From an uncultured Clostridia bacterium (lineage in GTDB: Bacteria > Bacillota > Clostridia > UMGS1883): DNA of 32,912 nt. The stretch spans positions 1 through 32,912 of the forward strand of contig CANQKL010000003.1 in NCBI GenBank assembly GCA_947624455.1. The letters run 5' to 3'. The notes under the pieces are model-generated. The model made no database searches, was not told where the DNA came from, and saw only the letters and a list, made by a program, of their open reading frames with translations. The stretch's first letter is position 1. Every line of letters starts with the position of its first letter. The position numbers and the translations under genes were made by a program. Positions 17,258 to 27,213 of this stretch are shown here, piece after piece.

Positions 17258-18009
17258 GGTGGTCTTTGGTAAAAAATCTTTTGCTGGGGCTTTTGCTGGT
17301 GATGAACCTGTATATGCTGGGCGTGTCGTTCGCCAAGCGGCTGAGCAGCGAAAAAATACCTCCGCTGGTGGCCGCCTCCGCGGTGGAGGCTCTGGAAAAC
17401 AGCGGCATAAGCTGCGATCCCGGTCTGTTCCCGGACAGGTATCTGACGGTCAGAACCTTTAATGTCAGCTTCCCCACGCCGATGGAGCTGTCGCGTATGT
17501 TCTTCGGCGAACAGTTGGCCTTTCAAACCGAGGAGCGGACTCTTATCGCCCGCCAAGACGGGGCCGAACTGAGGGTCGAGGACGAAGGTTTCAGCTATAG
17601 CAGCGGTGAGGCGGCTTCGTCCGCCAACGAAAAGCAGCTGCGCCGGGCCCTTAAGGAGCTGGGATTGGATATGAGCCGGGCCAGATATGCGCGGGACGGG
17701 TCGTTTGCCTGCTATTTTGACGGGCGGCCGGTTTTTGGTATGTATATCCGGGCCTCGCTGGACGCCGACGGCCAACTGGCGCGGGTGGAGGCCCGGTGGC
17801 CCCTAAAGGGCTACACCGGAGACCGCAGGAGCGGGGTGAGCATAATCGACTTTATCCCCGATATCCTCAGCCGTTTTCCCGAGGGAGGGACAGTGACCGG
17901 CCTTGAGGCGGGCTATTTGGCTGTCCGCAACGAAAACACTGACATTTACTCCTTTGTACCCGCTTGGCGCATCACAATGGAGGACGGAAAAACGGAAGTG
18001 TTCAGCTAA
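17254..18009 (+). CDS. yycI: YycI (WalI)-like regulator
   Basis: N-terminal MRWSLVKNLLLGLLLVMNLYML and C-terminal LEAGY...FVPAWRI match the YycI pattern; translationally coupled to yycH. Confidence 0.72.
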   Translation: MRWSLVKNLLLGLLLVMNLYMLGVSFAKRLSSEKIPPLVAASAVEALENSGISCDPGLFPDRYLTVRTFNVSFPTPMELSRMFFGEQLAFQTEERTLIARQDGAELRVEDEGFSYSSGEAASSANEKQLRRALKELGLDMSRARYARDGSFACYFDGRPVFGMYIRASLDADGQLARVEARWPLKGYTGDRRSGVSIIDFIPDILSRFPEGGTVTGLEAGYLAVRNENTDIYSFVPAWRITMEDGKTEVFS

Positions 18010-18108
18010 CGGGTCGTTATGACAGGGTCAATTCGCGGGGCGCGGCGATCCGGTTCGCCTTAAAATATGACTTCCAGGCGTTTATTCGTTGGCCCCTCGG
18101 CCGACTCC

Positions 18109-18531
18109 TCACTCCACGCTGACCTTTTCCCCTCCGCAGCGGCGCAGGCGTCGGACAGTGGCGCCGGTCAGATCCTCGTCCATGCTGACAGTGAACAGCC
18201 AGCGGCGGTCAGGCTCCCGGTTGGAGGACTCAAAGTCTATAAAGCCGCCGACTATGGCCCCTACTACCGTTCCGCTCACCAGCCCCGCTACCGGCCCTAT
18301 GCCTGTGGCAAAGCCGATGTTGTCGAGCATGGCGGCCCCAAGCCCTAAAAGCGTGCCAGCCGCCGCGCCTACGGCCATGCCCGAGAGGGTGTTTTTCCCC
18401 GCGAAGGAGGAGGGTACCTCGGCGCGGCAGACCCTGATCTTGTCGGCTTGGGCTCCGTTTTCCCGGGCCGCCTCCGAAGCGGCCTCAAGCTCCTCGGCTG
18501 TGTCGAAGAGGGCGGTTATGGTTTTTTCCAC
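18109..18531 (-). CDS. Small glycine-zipper membrane protein, general-stress-protein-like
   Basis: GTG start with AAAGGAG RBS; TITALFD..E..AA N-terminus and GMAVGAAAGTLLGLGA...GPVAGLVSGTVVGAIVGG zipper. Confidence 0.75.
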   Translation of the reverse strand: MEKTITALFDTAEELEAASEAARENGAQADKIRVCRAEVPSSFAGKNTLSGMAVGAAAGTLLGLGAAMLDNIGFATGIGPVAGLVSGTVVGAIVGGFIDFESSNREPDRRWLFTVSMDEDLTGATVRRLRRCGGEKVSVE

Positions 18532-18564
18532 GGTTTTTCAGCTCCTTTCATTTATGTCTGCAAA

Positions 18565-18594
18565 TAGTATTTTTCAAGACGCGAAAAAATATTC
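18565..18594 (-). promoter_or_regulatory. Candidate sigma-G/F promoter for the glycine-zipper gene
   Basis: Minus strand GAATA, 18 nt, AATACTA. Confidence 0.45.
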
Positions 18595-18607
18595 TCGAGG
18601 TGGTAAC

Positions 18608-19198
18608 GTGAACAAAAAATTTATCCTTATATTGACGGCGGCTTTGATGGCATCCATGCTTGGCGGCTGCGGCGGTGAAGATAAAAAAACCGAAGAAATG
18701 CCCGAAAACATAATCTCATACAAGGAGAAGGACGGCAAAGACCTAGTGCCGGTCGCCGAGACCGAGGTGGTTGGGGAGGAAGCCGTCGTTGATCCCAACG
18801 CCATGGAGCTGCCCGGAGAGGATGAGCTTGGAGAATATGAGGAGATCTTCATGGAGGGCGACATAATAAACGAAACCACCGTGGGCGGCTGGGTAGTGGC
18901 GGTCAGCCAAAAGGATATCACGGTAAACACATACAATGAGCTTACCACTTATGTCTACGAGGAGAACGCCCGCAACACGGGTATCCGCCTAAAGCCCGGC
19001 GACGCGGTCGTCGTGAGCTTCCGCGAGGGAGAGGACGGCGTTATGTACGCCAACAATATCGGCCGCGTCCGCACGGAGGACGAACCCCTCACAAGGGATG
19101 AGATCGAGTCCATGTACAAGCAGGCGAACGGCGATGAAGGCGGCGCCGCTGTTGACGCCGCCGCGGAAACGGAGGACGGTAATGGCAGAGAGGAATGA
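18608..19198 (+). CDS. Acidic lipoprotein of unknown function (196 aa)
   Basis: GTG 18608 after GAGGTGG; signal peptide II with lipobox MLGGC; GWVVAV...LKPGDAVVVSF suggests an OB-like barrel. ORF-track start 18089 is over-extended. Confidence 0.8.
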   Translation: MNKKFILILTAALMASMLGGCGGEDKKTEEMPENIISYKEKDGKDLVPVAETEVVGEEAVVDPNAMELPGEDELGEYEEIFMEGDIINETTVGGWVVAVSQKDITVNTYNELTTYVYEENARNTGIRLKPGDAVVVSFREGEDGVMYANNIGRVRTEDEPLTRDEIESMYKQANGDEGGAAVDAAAETEDGNGREE

Positions 19199-20498
19199 GC
19201 GGGTAAATGTCATAGGCGGCGGCTTGGCGGGCTGCGAGGCAGCTTGGCAGCTGGCCAGGCGGGGAGTGGGAGTGCGGCTCTTCGATATGAAGCCCCATCG
19301 CTTTTCGCCCGCCCATTCCGACCCCAACCTCTGTGAGCTGGTCTGCTCAAATTCCCTCAAGGGCGCGGGCCTTGACAATGCCTGCGGCCTGCTCAAGGAG
19401 GAAATGCGCCGGCTTGACAGCCTGGTTATATCCTGCGCCGACCGGACAAGAGTGCCAGCCGGCGGAGCCTTGGCTGTGGACAGGGAAGCCTTTGCCGCCC
19501 TGGTCACCCAAAGTCTCAGGGAGCTTCCCCAGGTGGAGATTGTTTCCGAAACCGTTGAGGAGCTGCCCGAGGGAATAAGTATTATCGCCACCGGGCCGCT
19601 GACCTCCGGAGGCATGAACGGCGTCATCGCCGGTCTTACCGGCGGCGGGGGCCTGCACTTTTACGACGCCGCGGCTCCGGTCATAACCGCCGACAGCATC
19701 AACATGGAAAAAACATACCTTGCCGCCCGTTACGGTAAAGGTACGCCGGATTATATAAACTGCCCCATGGAAAGGGACGAGTATGACGCTTTCTGGGAGG
19801 CTTTGGTAACGGCGGAGAAGGCTCCCCTCCACGAAAATGTGGAAAAGCCCAATGTCTTTGAGGGCTGTATGCCCGTGGAGATTATGGCCGCCAGGGGACG
19901 GGACACCTTGCGCTTCGGCCCGCTGAAGCCCAAGGGCCTGCGAGACCCCAGGACCGGGCTTACGCCCTGGGCCGTCCTTCAGCTGCGGCGGGACAACGCT
20001 CAGGGAACCCTTTATAACATGGTGGGCTTTCAGACCAATTTGAAATTTGGGGAACAAAAGAGAGTATTCTCCATGATACCCGGCTTGGAAAACGCGGAGT
20101 TTGTCCGTTACGGTGTCATGCACCGCAATACCTACATCGACTCGCCCCGGCTGCTGAACCGGGATTACAGCCTTCGCTCGCGGCCCGAGATCTTTTTTGC
20201 CGGGCAGATCACCGGCGTGGAGGGCTATGTGGAATCCGCCGCGTCGGGCCTGCTGGCTGGGGTGAACGCCGCCGCCCGGCTGAGGGGAGAACCGCCCCTG
20301 ATACTGCCGCCGTCCACTTGCGCCGGAGCCTTGACCGCCTATATTACGGATGAGGAAGTGAAAAACTTTCAGCCCATGAACGCCAACTTCGGCATAATCC
20401 AGTGGGAACATATCAAAATTAAGAATAAAAAGGAAAGATATGAACATATTTCCGCACACGCTTTGGAGGATTTGGCAAATTGCACAAAAAAATCATAA
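19182..20498 (+). CDS. trmFO: Folate/FAD-dependent tRNA (uracil-54) methyltransferase TrmFO
   Basis: ATG 19182 after GGAGG; VIGGGLAGCEAAWQLA, ELVCSNS, FEGCMPVE, LRFGPLKPKGL, FAGQITGVEGYVES, FQPMNANFG. Confidence 0.96.
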   Translation: MAERNERVNVIGGGLAGCEAAWQLARRGVGVRLFDMKPHRFSPAHSDPNLCELVCSNSLKGAGLDNACGLLKEEMRRLDSLVISCADRTRVPAGGALAVDREAFAALVTQSLRELPQVEIVSETVEELPEGISIIATGPLTSGGMNGVIAGLTGGGGLHFYDAAAPVITADSINMEKTYLAARYGKGTPDYINCPMERDEYDAFWEALVTAEKAPLHENVEKPNVFEGCMPVEIMAARGRDTLRFGPLKPKGLRDPRTGLTPWAVLQLRRDNAQGTLYNMVGFQTNLKFGEQKRVFSMIPGLENAEFVRYGVMHRNTYIDSPRLLNRDYSLRSRPEIFFAGQITGVEGYVESAASGLLAGVNAAARLRGEPPLILPPSTCAGALTAYITDEEVKNFQPMNANFGIIQWEHIKIKNKKERYEHISAHALEDLANCTKKS

Positions 20499-20539
20499 AA
20501 AATTAAGCATTTCGGCGAAAAGAAATTTTGATTTTGTTA

Positions 20540-20568
20540 TTGATTATTTTTAAATAAAATGTTAAAAT
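20540..20568 (+). promoter_or_regulatory. Sigma-A-type promoter for the glycoside hydrolase
   Basis: TTGATT (20540-20545), 17 nt, TAAAAT (20563-20568) with extended TG; RBS AAGGAGG downstream. Confidence 0.55.
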
Positions 20569-20604
20569 ATATTTAACGATTAAAATTCAAGGAGGACAAC
20601 GAAC

Positions 20605-23600
20605 ATGAAAAAGTTAAACCTTCGTGCGTTGGCCGCCGGGCTTGCCACTTCGGTGGCTATGACATGCCTGAGCGGCGTTCCCGCGTTTGCGGCGGCGCAG
20701 AAAGTTGGCGATGCGGCGCAGGCCGTTATGCCCACCCGTGCCCAGGCTGTCGAGGCGCTGGAGCGGGCCAATGATAAGTGGATAACCAGCAATGGTCACG
20801 GCCGTTCTTTCTGGGATAACGCGGCTTACCATGTTGGTAATATGGAAGCTTATTTTACCACAGGTATCGAGCTTTACCGTAACTATTCCGAGGCTTGGGC
20901 GATCCAGAATAACTGGAAGGGCGCTACAAGCAATAACAAGAACGCCTGGAAGGGCAACGCCTCCAACGGCGGCTATGGCGAGGGACAGGACTGGGTTCTG
21001 TTCGGCGACTGGCAGATCTGCTTCCAGACCTATATCGACCTTTACAATGACGAAGTGATGGCTTCTAAGAACACCATCAAGGACGAGGGTAAGGTCGCCC
21101 GCGCTATTGAGGTCATGAGCTATCAGGCTTCTCGTTCCGAGACTGACTGGTGGTGGTGGGCCGACTCCCTGTTCATGGCAATGCCCATCATGAGCAAGCT
21201 CTATGTTCTCACCGGCGACTATAAGTACCTTGACAAGCAGTACGAATGGTTCAAGTGGGCTGCCGAGGACGTTGAAGGCGGCACCAAGGACGGTATGTGG
21301 GATGCGGAGGAACAGTTGTTCCACCGTGACGGCAAGTACATATATCCCGACCACAAGACGGACAGCGGCAAGAAGGATTTCTGGGCACGCGGTTCCGGCT
21401 GGGTATTCGCAGGTCTTGCCCGCGTTCTCTCTGATATGCCTACCGACTATCAGCACAGAGATTACTTCCTTGATAAGTATACTCAGATGGCTCAGGGCGT
21501 GGCCCGTAACCAGCAGAAGGAGGGCTTCTGGTCCCGTTCTATAATCGACCGCGCTTATGCCGACGGTTTTGAGTCCAGCGGTACGTCCTTCTTCACCTAT
21601 GGCCTTGCTTGGGGCATCAACAGCGGCTATCTTGACCGCAATACCTATCTCGACACCGCTCTCAAGGGCTGGTACTTCCTGTACAACACCGCCCTTCAGG
21701 CCGACGGCACCGTAGGCTATGTTCAGCCCATCGGCGAGAACCCCCGTCAGTCCCTTAATATCGGCGGCGGCAACACCGCTAACTTCGGCGTGGGCGCTTT
21801 CCTGCTTGCGGCCTGCGAAATTTCCAAGCTGGCTGGCGGCGTTTACGGCGACCAGACCAATAACAACGACATTTATCCCTACATAATGAGAAAACTCGTT
21901 GGCAAGTATGTTATCGAGGTAAATACCGCTCACTTCTATCACGATGGCGTCATCAATCACCACGATGAAAGCAACCACAATATGCAGACATACGTTAAGG
22001 ATGGCACTACCATGCTTCCCGTTATCGCCATCAAGAACTATATGACTGACTGCGACGTTACCGAGGATGGCGACACCGTTTACGTAACCCGCGACATCAA
22101 GAACGGCAGCAACACCACCAGAAAGACGGTTGTCTTTAATATGGGAAGCGCCAACTACACTGTTGACGGAGCAGCCGGAGTTCTGCCCACCGCCGCCGAG
22201 CGTAAAGACGGCTATGCCTGCGTTCCTGTTCGTCAGGTAATGGAGGGTCTTGGCTACAAGATCTGGTACAGCGCTTACAGCGGTACCAGCAATTATGTCG
22301 CCAACAACCCCATGGACGCTCTTATAGTAATTTCCGAGAAGGCCGATCCCTTCTTTGACTGTGATTCCAACGCTGTTGAGATGCTGCGCTGGATGCTTGA
22401 GGTAAATCACCACTATCCCGAACGTGTTCAGAGTCCTAAGCCCTATACGGTTGAGAAGCCTATGCAGGCCGCTACCGAGGCTTACGGCACTCAGATACCC
22501 CTGACTACTTCCATGCTTTCCGCCAGCGCTACTCCCGAGGCGGCTAACCATGTTGGTCAGACCATCGACAACAATGTTGAGACTCGCTGGGCCGCTCAGG
22601 GCAAGCAGTACATGACTATAGACCTTGGCGTTCCCATGCAGATCTCCTGCGTAGGCGTGCGCATGATGCGCTACACCGACAGCCGCGTTATCAACTACGG
22701 CGTGTCCATTTCCTCTGACAACACCAACTGGACCAGCGTGTTCAACGGCACCAGCGTTCCTAACGGCGCCACCTGGGAGTTCCCCAAGGTTGACGGCAAG
22801 GTTGCCCGTTATGTCCGCATCAACGTAAACGGTTCCTCCACTAATGATTGGGCCAGCGTGGCCGATGTGGCCGTATTCCAGGGCGACGCCAACTCCCCCA
22901 AGGCTTCCGGCGTTTCCGGCAGCTCCGCTGGCGGAGTTGTCACCCAGGGCGTAACCAATAGCGCTTCCGGCACCAAGGTAACTCTTAACTCCGGTATGCT
23001 CAGGGCCAGCGCCGAGCCTCAGAGTGAGAATCCCGCTTCCGCCATTGTTGACGGCAATCCCAATACTTACTGGGCCGTTGAGGGCAGCGCTAACATCGTT
23101 ATCGACCTTGGCAGCGCTCAGACGATTGGCACGGTAGGCGTACAGATGAGAAACTACAGCAGCGAGGCTCCCAACAGAACTCTGCCTTACACAGTTTCCG
23201 TATCTGCCGACGGCTCCAGCTATACCTCTGTCGCTTCCAAGACCAGCCCCGCTGGCGGCGGAGTGATGGAATCCATTACGGTTGGTCAGAACGCAAGATA
23301 TGTAAAGATCGATGTAAACGGCTCTAATGAGGGCCAGTGGGCTAGTGTGGCCGAGGTCGAGGTATACGGTGGCACAGTTTCCGGCGGCAGCGCCGGCGGA
23401 GCCTTTGTGTCCGGTCTTTCCTCCACATCCACTAAGCCTGTTGGCAATCGGATAAATTCCAAGTCCGCTGCGGCTCTCATCATCGCCGACACTAAGTTCC
23501 CCGCCTCCGCCGCTATTGACGGCGATAAAAATACTGCCTGGAAGGGTCTTGCTAACCAGAGCATCGTTGTAGAGGCCGCCGCTGAAAAGACCATTACAAG

Positions 23601-23805
23601 TATTGGTATTCGCGGTCAGGAGAACGATATCACCTATTCTGTATCCGTATCTTCCGATGGCAGCGCCTGGACTGCTGTTTACAGCGGCAGCGCGGCCGCC
23701 GGAGCTACAACTTATCATCCCTGCCAGGTAAAGGGCAAGTATGTCATGGTTACCCTTCTTACCGAGGGCAAGGTAGCCGAGGTAGAAATTTACGGCGCTG
23801 AATAA
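20605..23805 (+). CDS. Secreted modular GH105/GH88 unsaturated uronyl hydrolase with copper-amine-oxidase-N (stalk) domain and three F5/8C (CBM32) modules
   Basis: Signal peptide; WWWADSLFMAMP, FWARGSGW, FESSGTSFF; KDGTTMLPV...KDGYACVPVRQVMEGLGYKIWY stalk; three repeats of D(N/G)xxxTxW...SxDxxxWT...YVxI...EVEVY joined by G/S linkers. Confidence 0.88.
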   Translation: MKKLNLRALAAGLATSVAMTCLSGVPAFAAAQKVGDAAQAVMPTRAQAVEALERANDKWITSNGHGRSFWDNAAYHVGNMEAYFTTGIELYRNYSEAWAIQNNWKGATSNNKNAWKGNASNGGYGEGQDWVLFGDWQICFQTYIDLYNDEVMASKNTIKDEGKVARAIEVMSYQASRSETDWWWWADSLFMAMPIMSKLYVLTGDYKYLDKQYEWFKWAAEDVEGGTKDGMWDAEEQLFHRDGKYIYPDHKTDSGKKDFWARGSGWVFAGLARVLSDMPTDYQHRDYFLDKYTQMAQGVARNQQKEGFWSRSIIDRAYADGFESSGTSFFTYGLAWGINSGYLDRNTYLDTALKGWYFLYNTALQADGTVGYVQPIGENPRQSLNIGGGNTANFGVGAFLLAACEISKLAGGVYGDQTNNNDIYPYIMRKLVGKYVIEVNTAHFYHDGVINHHDESNHNMQTYVKDGTTMLPVIAIKNYMTDCDVTEDGDTVYVTRDIKNGSNTTRKTVVFNMGSANYTVDGAAGVLPTAAERKDGYACVPVRQVMEGLGYKIWYSAYSGTSNYVANNPMDALIVISEKADPFFDCDSNAVEMLRWMLEVNHHYPERVQSPKPYTVEKPMQAATEAYGTQIPLTTSMLSASATPEAANHVGQTIDNNVETRWAAQGKQYMTIDLGVPMQISCVGVRMMRYTDSRVINYGVSISSDNTNWTSVFNGTSVPNGATWEFPKVDGKVARYVRINVNGSSTNDWASVADVAVFQGDANSPKASGVSGSSAGGVVTQGVTNSASGTKVTLNSGMLRASAEPQSENPASAIVDGNPNTYWAVEGSANIVIDLGSAQTIGTVGVQMRNYSSEAPNRTLPYTVSVSADGSSYTSVASKTSPAGGGVMESITVGQNARYVKIDVNGSNEGQWASVAEVEVYGGTVSGGSAGGAFVSGLSSTSTKPVGNRINSKSAAALIIADTKFPASAAIDGDKNTAWKGLANQSIVVEAAAEKTITSIGIRGQENDITYSVSVSSDGSAWTAVYSGSAAAGATTYHPCQVKGKYVMVTLLTEGKVAEVEIYGAE

Positions 23806-23833
23806 GCGGCTTAAAGCTGAATAAGCAAAGGTC

Positions 23834-23861
23834 ACGGCCTCCGCTTTGCGGAGGCCGTTTT
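23834..23861 (+). terminator. Rho-independent terminator
   Basis: ACGGCCTCCGC-TTT-GCGGAGGCCGT followed by TTT. Confidence 0.8.
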
Positions 23862-23968
23862 GCTGCCGATAAAGCTGTCGAATTGCTAAACTCAAAAATT
23901 TGATTTTATCGACGGGTTTAACAACACATAAATTTGGCTTAAATAAAGGATTTCAGTAAAAACGGGGT

Positions 23969-24102
23969 CCCCGCAAAACGGCGAAGCCGATTTTGTGGGG
24001 AAAAGGAGTCGCAGCGAGGTGAGCTGTGTTTCGATTTTTCAAATCGAAACAAGCGATGCCGAGCTTGCGACGACGCAGATCTGCGCCATTTTTTTACAGC
24101 CC
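23969..24102. repeat. Partial second copy of the 2815-3296 repeat family
   Basis: Aligns by eye with the reverse complement of ~2817-2951 and shares GATCTGCGCCATTTTTT(T)ACAGCCC with the end at ~3271-3294. Confidence 0.75.
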
Positions 24103-24131
24103 TGTTCACAATTATTTCAGAATTATACCGA

Positions 24132-24160
24132 TTGACATTTGCGAAAATATGTGTTATTAT
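24132..24160 (+). promoter_or_regulatory. Sigma-A promoter for the SLH protein
   Basis: TTGACA (24132-24137), 17 nt, TATTAT (24155-24160) with extended TG. Confidence 0.7.
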
Positions 24161-24200
24161 AATATCGTGACTGAACATTTTTTAGGAAGGAAGATAACCG

Positions 24201-25610
24201 ATGAAAAAGAAGATACTGGCCCTTGTATTGGCCCTTACTTTGGCCCTGTGTGCCATACCCTCGGCCTACGCCTACTCTGTCCGGGAGGCGTATATGGATT
24301 TTGCCGCTCAGTACCCCGGCTTTATCAACGATGTTGTGGATCAGGGCGTGAGCGAGAGCGTAATACTTGAATTCCTGCGCGATGTACAGAATTACCTTTA
24401 TCAGGTGAATCGCATCGAAAAAATCAACGACGGCAATTTCGACGACATACTTATCGAGGCCATCAAAACGGTCAGCAATTCTAGCAAGTTTGCCGACCTC
24501 CAAAATGCCTTGTACAACGCCTATCCCGACGCGGCCTATGAGGCGGTGATCCACGGTAGGATACACGAGGATTTCATACCCATATATAACTCGATCAAAT
24601 CAATGATCTTTGAACACGATATGCTGGCCGAAATGGATACCGGAAAAGACGACCCCGTTGATGTTGCCATAACTGAAATAGGCGAGCCGAAGGATGTTGA
24701 AGTCGAGCGGGGCGGCAGCTACACCCTTGACGGTTCTGTCAGCGCTGAAACCGAAACCGGCGTTTCCATAAAACTGGAAGTGGAGTGGACAAATGAGCCT
24801 TCTACATCCAAGGTGGGCGTATTTACCGCGGAAGGTCAGGTCAAAATACCCTCTGGCTACGTGCTGGCGGACGGCCTCGACGCCAATGTGTCCGCTATGG
24901 TTACGGTCGTTGAGTCTGAAAACAACGACAATGACGACAAAAAGCCCAATACCGGCAATGAAAATACCGGAACCAGCGGCAACGACGTACAGACGCCAGG
25001 CGAAAACGAAACCGTAAAGCACATTTACAGCTTCTCTGACGTGGACGAAAAGACGGAGCTTGGCAAGGCTGTTTACGCTCTTTCCGACATCGGCATCATT
25101 AACGGTTATGTGGACGGCACCTTTAAGGCTGAAAACAAGATCCGCCGCGACGAGTTCGCGAAGATCATGGTCACCGCTATGGATAATCTGGACATAAACG
25201 CCGTGGCAAGCTTTACCGACGTTCCCAACACTCCCGACAACTGGGCGTATATCTTCATCGCCTCCGCCGAAAAGGCCGGCCTTATTAACGGCAAGGGCGA
25301 CGGAACCTTTGGCCCTGGGCTGAATATCCGCCGGGACGAGGTGATGGCGATAATCTACCGTGCCATTGAGGGCAAGAAAGCCTTTGCCCAGAATGAGGTT
25401 CTCGTTCCCAAATTCAGCGATGACGCCGCCGTTGCCGATTGGGCGCGGATGCCTGTATATATGCTGGCCCAGAACGGCATTGTTTCAGGTGTGAAAACTG
25501 TGGTGAACGGAGCCGAGATCAATAATATAGATCCTCTCAGCGACGCCACCCGTGGTCAGTGTGTCATAATGGTTTACAATGCCTTGAAGATGATGGGTAA
25601 GATAAAGTGA
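24201..25610 (+). CDS. Secreted S-layer homology (SLH x3) protein with unknown N-terminal helical domain and an Ig-like (Big_4-like) domain
   Basis: Signal peptide; LEVEW...TSKVGVFTAEGQV Ig motif; N/D/T-rich linker; three SLH repeats (GIINGYVDGTF...IRRDE, GLINGKGDGTF...IRRDE, GIVSG...ATRGQ). Confidence 0.9.
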   Translation: MKKKILALVLALTLALCAIPSAYAYSVREAYMDFAAQYPGFINDVVDQGVSESVILEFLRDVQNYLYQVNRIEKINDGNFDDILIEAIKTVSNSSKFADLQNALYNAYPDAAYEAVIHGRIHEDFIPIYNSIKSMIFEHDMLAEMDTGKDDPVDVAITEIGEPKDVEVERGGSYTLDGSVSAETETGVSIKLEVEWTNEPSTSKVGVFTAEGQVKIPSGYVLADGLDANVSAMVTVVESENNDNDDKKPNTGNENTGTSGNDVQTPGENETVKHIYSFSDVDEKTELGKAVYALSDIGIINGYVDGTFKAENKIRRDEFAKIMVTAMDNLDINAVASFTDVPNTPDNWAYIFIASAEKAGLINGKGDGTFGPGLNIRRDEVMAIIYRAIEGKKAFAQNEVLVPKFSDDAAVADWARMPVYMLAQNGIVSGVKTVVNGAEINNIDPLSDATRGQCVIMVYNALKMMGKIK

Positions 25611-25649
25611 ACCCTGTGTTCAATCAAATTATGCGGTTATAGCAAAACG

Positions 25650-25674
25650 AAAAAGAGCCAGTTGGCTCTTTTTT
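25650..25674. terminator. Bidirectional-type intrinsic terminator
   Basis: AAAAAGAGCCA-GT-TGGCTCTTTTTT. Confidence 0.75.
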
Positions 25675-25708
25675 GTTTATTTTTATTGATAAATTTATTA
25701 AAAAACTA

Positions 25709-25737
25709 TTTACAAATCAAAAAACTTGGTGTACAAT
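25709..25737 (+). promoter_or_regulatory. Sigma-A promoter for glyQS
   Basis: TTTACA (25709-25714), 17 nt, TACAAT (25732-25737); a second TATAAT at 25748-25753. Confidence 0.55.
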
Positions 25738-25776
25738 GTTATTAGGTATAATTATGCGTGAAAGGATTTGTAGCCA

Positions 25777-27168
25777 ATGAGAAATGAAGATAAGACAATG
25801 GATAAAATCGTCGCCCTGTGCAAGGGCAGGGGCTATGTATACCCCGGCAGCGAGATTTACGGCGGCCTGTCCAACAGTTGGGATTACGGCCCCTTGGGCG
25901 TCGAATTTAAAAATAATGTAAAGCGCGCCTGGTGGAAAAAATTTGTCCAGGAAAGCCCCTACAATGTTGGGCTGGACAGCGCTATCCTGATGAATCCCGA
26001 GGTCTGGGTGGCCAGCGGTCATGTGGGCGGCTTCAGCGATCCGCTGATGGATTGTAAGGATTGCAAGACCCGCCACCGGGCCGATAAGCTCATCGAGGAT
26101 TTTTGCCATGAGAGAGGCGAAAATATCGTTGTTGACGGCTGGGACGACCGGAAAATGATGGACTTTATAAAGGAAAACAACATTCCCTGCCCCGACTGCG
26201 GCAGCCATAACTTTACCGACATCCGCAAGTTCAACCTGATGTTCAAGACCTTCCAGGGCGTGACCGAGGACGCTAAAAATGAACTCTACCTCCGTCCCGA
26301 GACCGCTCAGGGTATTTTTGTGAATTTCAAGAACATCGCCCGTACCACTCGCAAAAAAATTCCCTTCGGAGTGGGCCAGGTGGGCAAAAGCTTCCGCAAT
26401 GAGATAACGCCCGGCAACTTCATTTTCCGTATTCGTGAATTTGAGCAGATGGAGCTGGAATTTTTCTGTAAGCCCGGCACTGACATGGAATGGTTCGAGT
26501 TCTGGAGAGGTTACTGCCGCGACTTCCTGCTTTCTCTTGGAATGAAGGAGGAGAATATGCGCCTGCGCGACCACAGTCCCGAGGAGCTGTCCTTCTATTC
26601 CAAGGGTACCACGGATATTGAGTTCATGTTCCCCTTCGGCTGGGGCGAGCTTTGGGGCATCGCCGACCGCACCGACTACGACCTGACCCAGCATCAAAAT
26701 CACAGCGGCGAGTCTATGGAGTACATAGACCCCGTCACAAACGAGCGCTATGTGCCGTATGTCATCGAGCCTTCTTTGGGCGCGGACCGAGTAGCGCTGG
26801 CCTTCCTCTGCGACGCCTATGACGAGGAGGTCGTGGACGAAAAGGATACCCGTGTGGTACTTCGCCTTCACCCCGCTCTGGCTCCGGTCAAGGCGGCCGT
26901 GCTGCCCCTTAGCAAAAAGCTGGCCGAACCCGCTACCGAGCTGTTCCAGAAGCTTATCAAGAAATACCCCTGCGAATATGACGAGGCAGGCTCGATAGGC
27001 AAGCGCTACCGCCGTCAGGACGAGATAGGGACTCCGGTGTGCATAACCGTGGATTTCGATACCCTGGAGGACGGCTGCGTTACCGTCCGCGACCGTGACA
27101 CCATGGAGCAAAAACGCATCCGCATGGACGAGATCGAAACGCACTTGGATAAACTGCTTGAGTTTTGA
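25777..27168 (+). CDS. glyQS: Glycine--tRNA ligase, homodimeric (alpha2) class II type
   Basis: SEIYGG...[66 protein letters not shown]. Confidence 0.97.
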   Translation: MRNEDKTMDKIVALCKGRGYVYPGSEIYGGLSNSWDYGPLGVEFKNNVKRAWWKKFVQESPYNVGLDSAILMNPEVWVASGHVGGFSDPLMDCKDCKTRHRADKLIEDFCHERGENIVVDGWDDRKMMDFIKENNIPCPDCGSHNFTDIRKFNLMFKTFQGVTEDAKNELYLRPETAQGIFVNFKNIARTTRKKIPFGVGQVGKSFRNEITPGNFIFRIREFEQMELEFFCKPGTDMEWFEFWRGYCRDFLLSLGMKEENMRLRDHSPEELSFYSKGTTDIEFMFPFGWGELWGIADRTDYDLTQHQNHSGESMEYIDPVTNERYVPYVIEPSLGADRVALAFLCDAYDEEVVDEKDTRVVLRLHPALAPVKAAVLPLSKKLAEPATELFQKLIKKYPCEYDEAGSIGKRYRRQDEIGTPVCITVDFDTLEDGCVTVRDRDTMEQKRIRMDEIETHLDKLLEF

Positions 27169-27213
27169 TTTTAACAATATAAGAAATAACAATGGAAGAA
27201 ATGGGGAAAGGAA

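Noticed and set aside
20549-20565. One-mismatch WalR-like box in the GH105 promoter
   Set aside because: Region is extremely AT-rich and the match overlaps the extended -10; likely chance.
20614-23895. 1093-aa minus-strand ORF, and similar long antisense ORFs at 725-2338, 5844-7037, 19347-20459, 25717-27192, 28042-29064 and 29242-30702
   Set aside because: Shadows of strongly codon-biased real genes on the opposite strand; no recognisable motifs.
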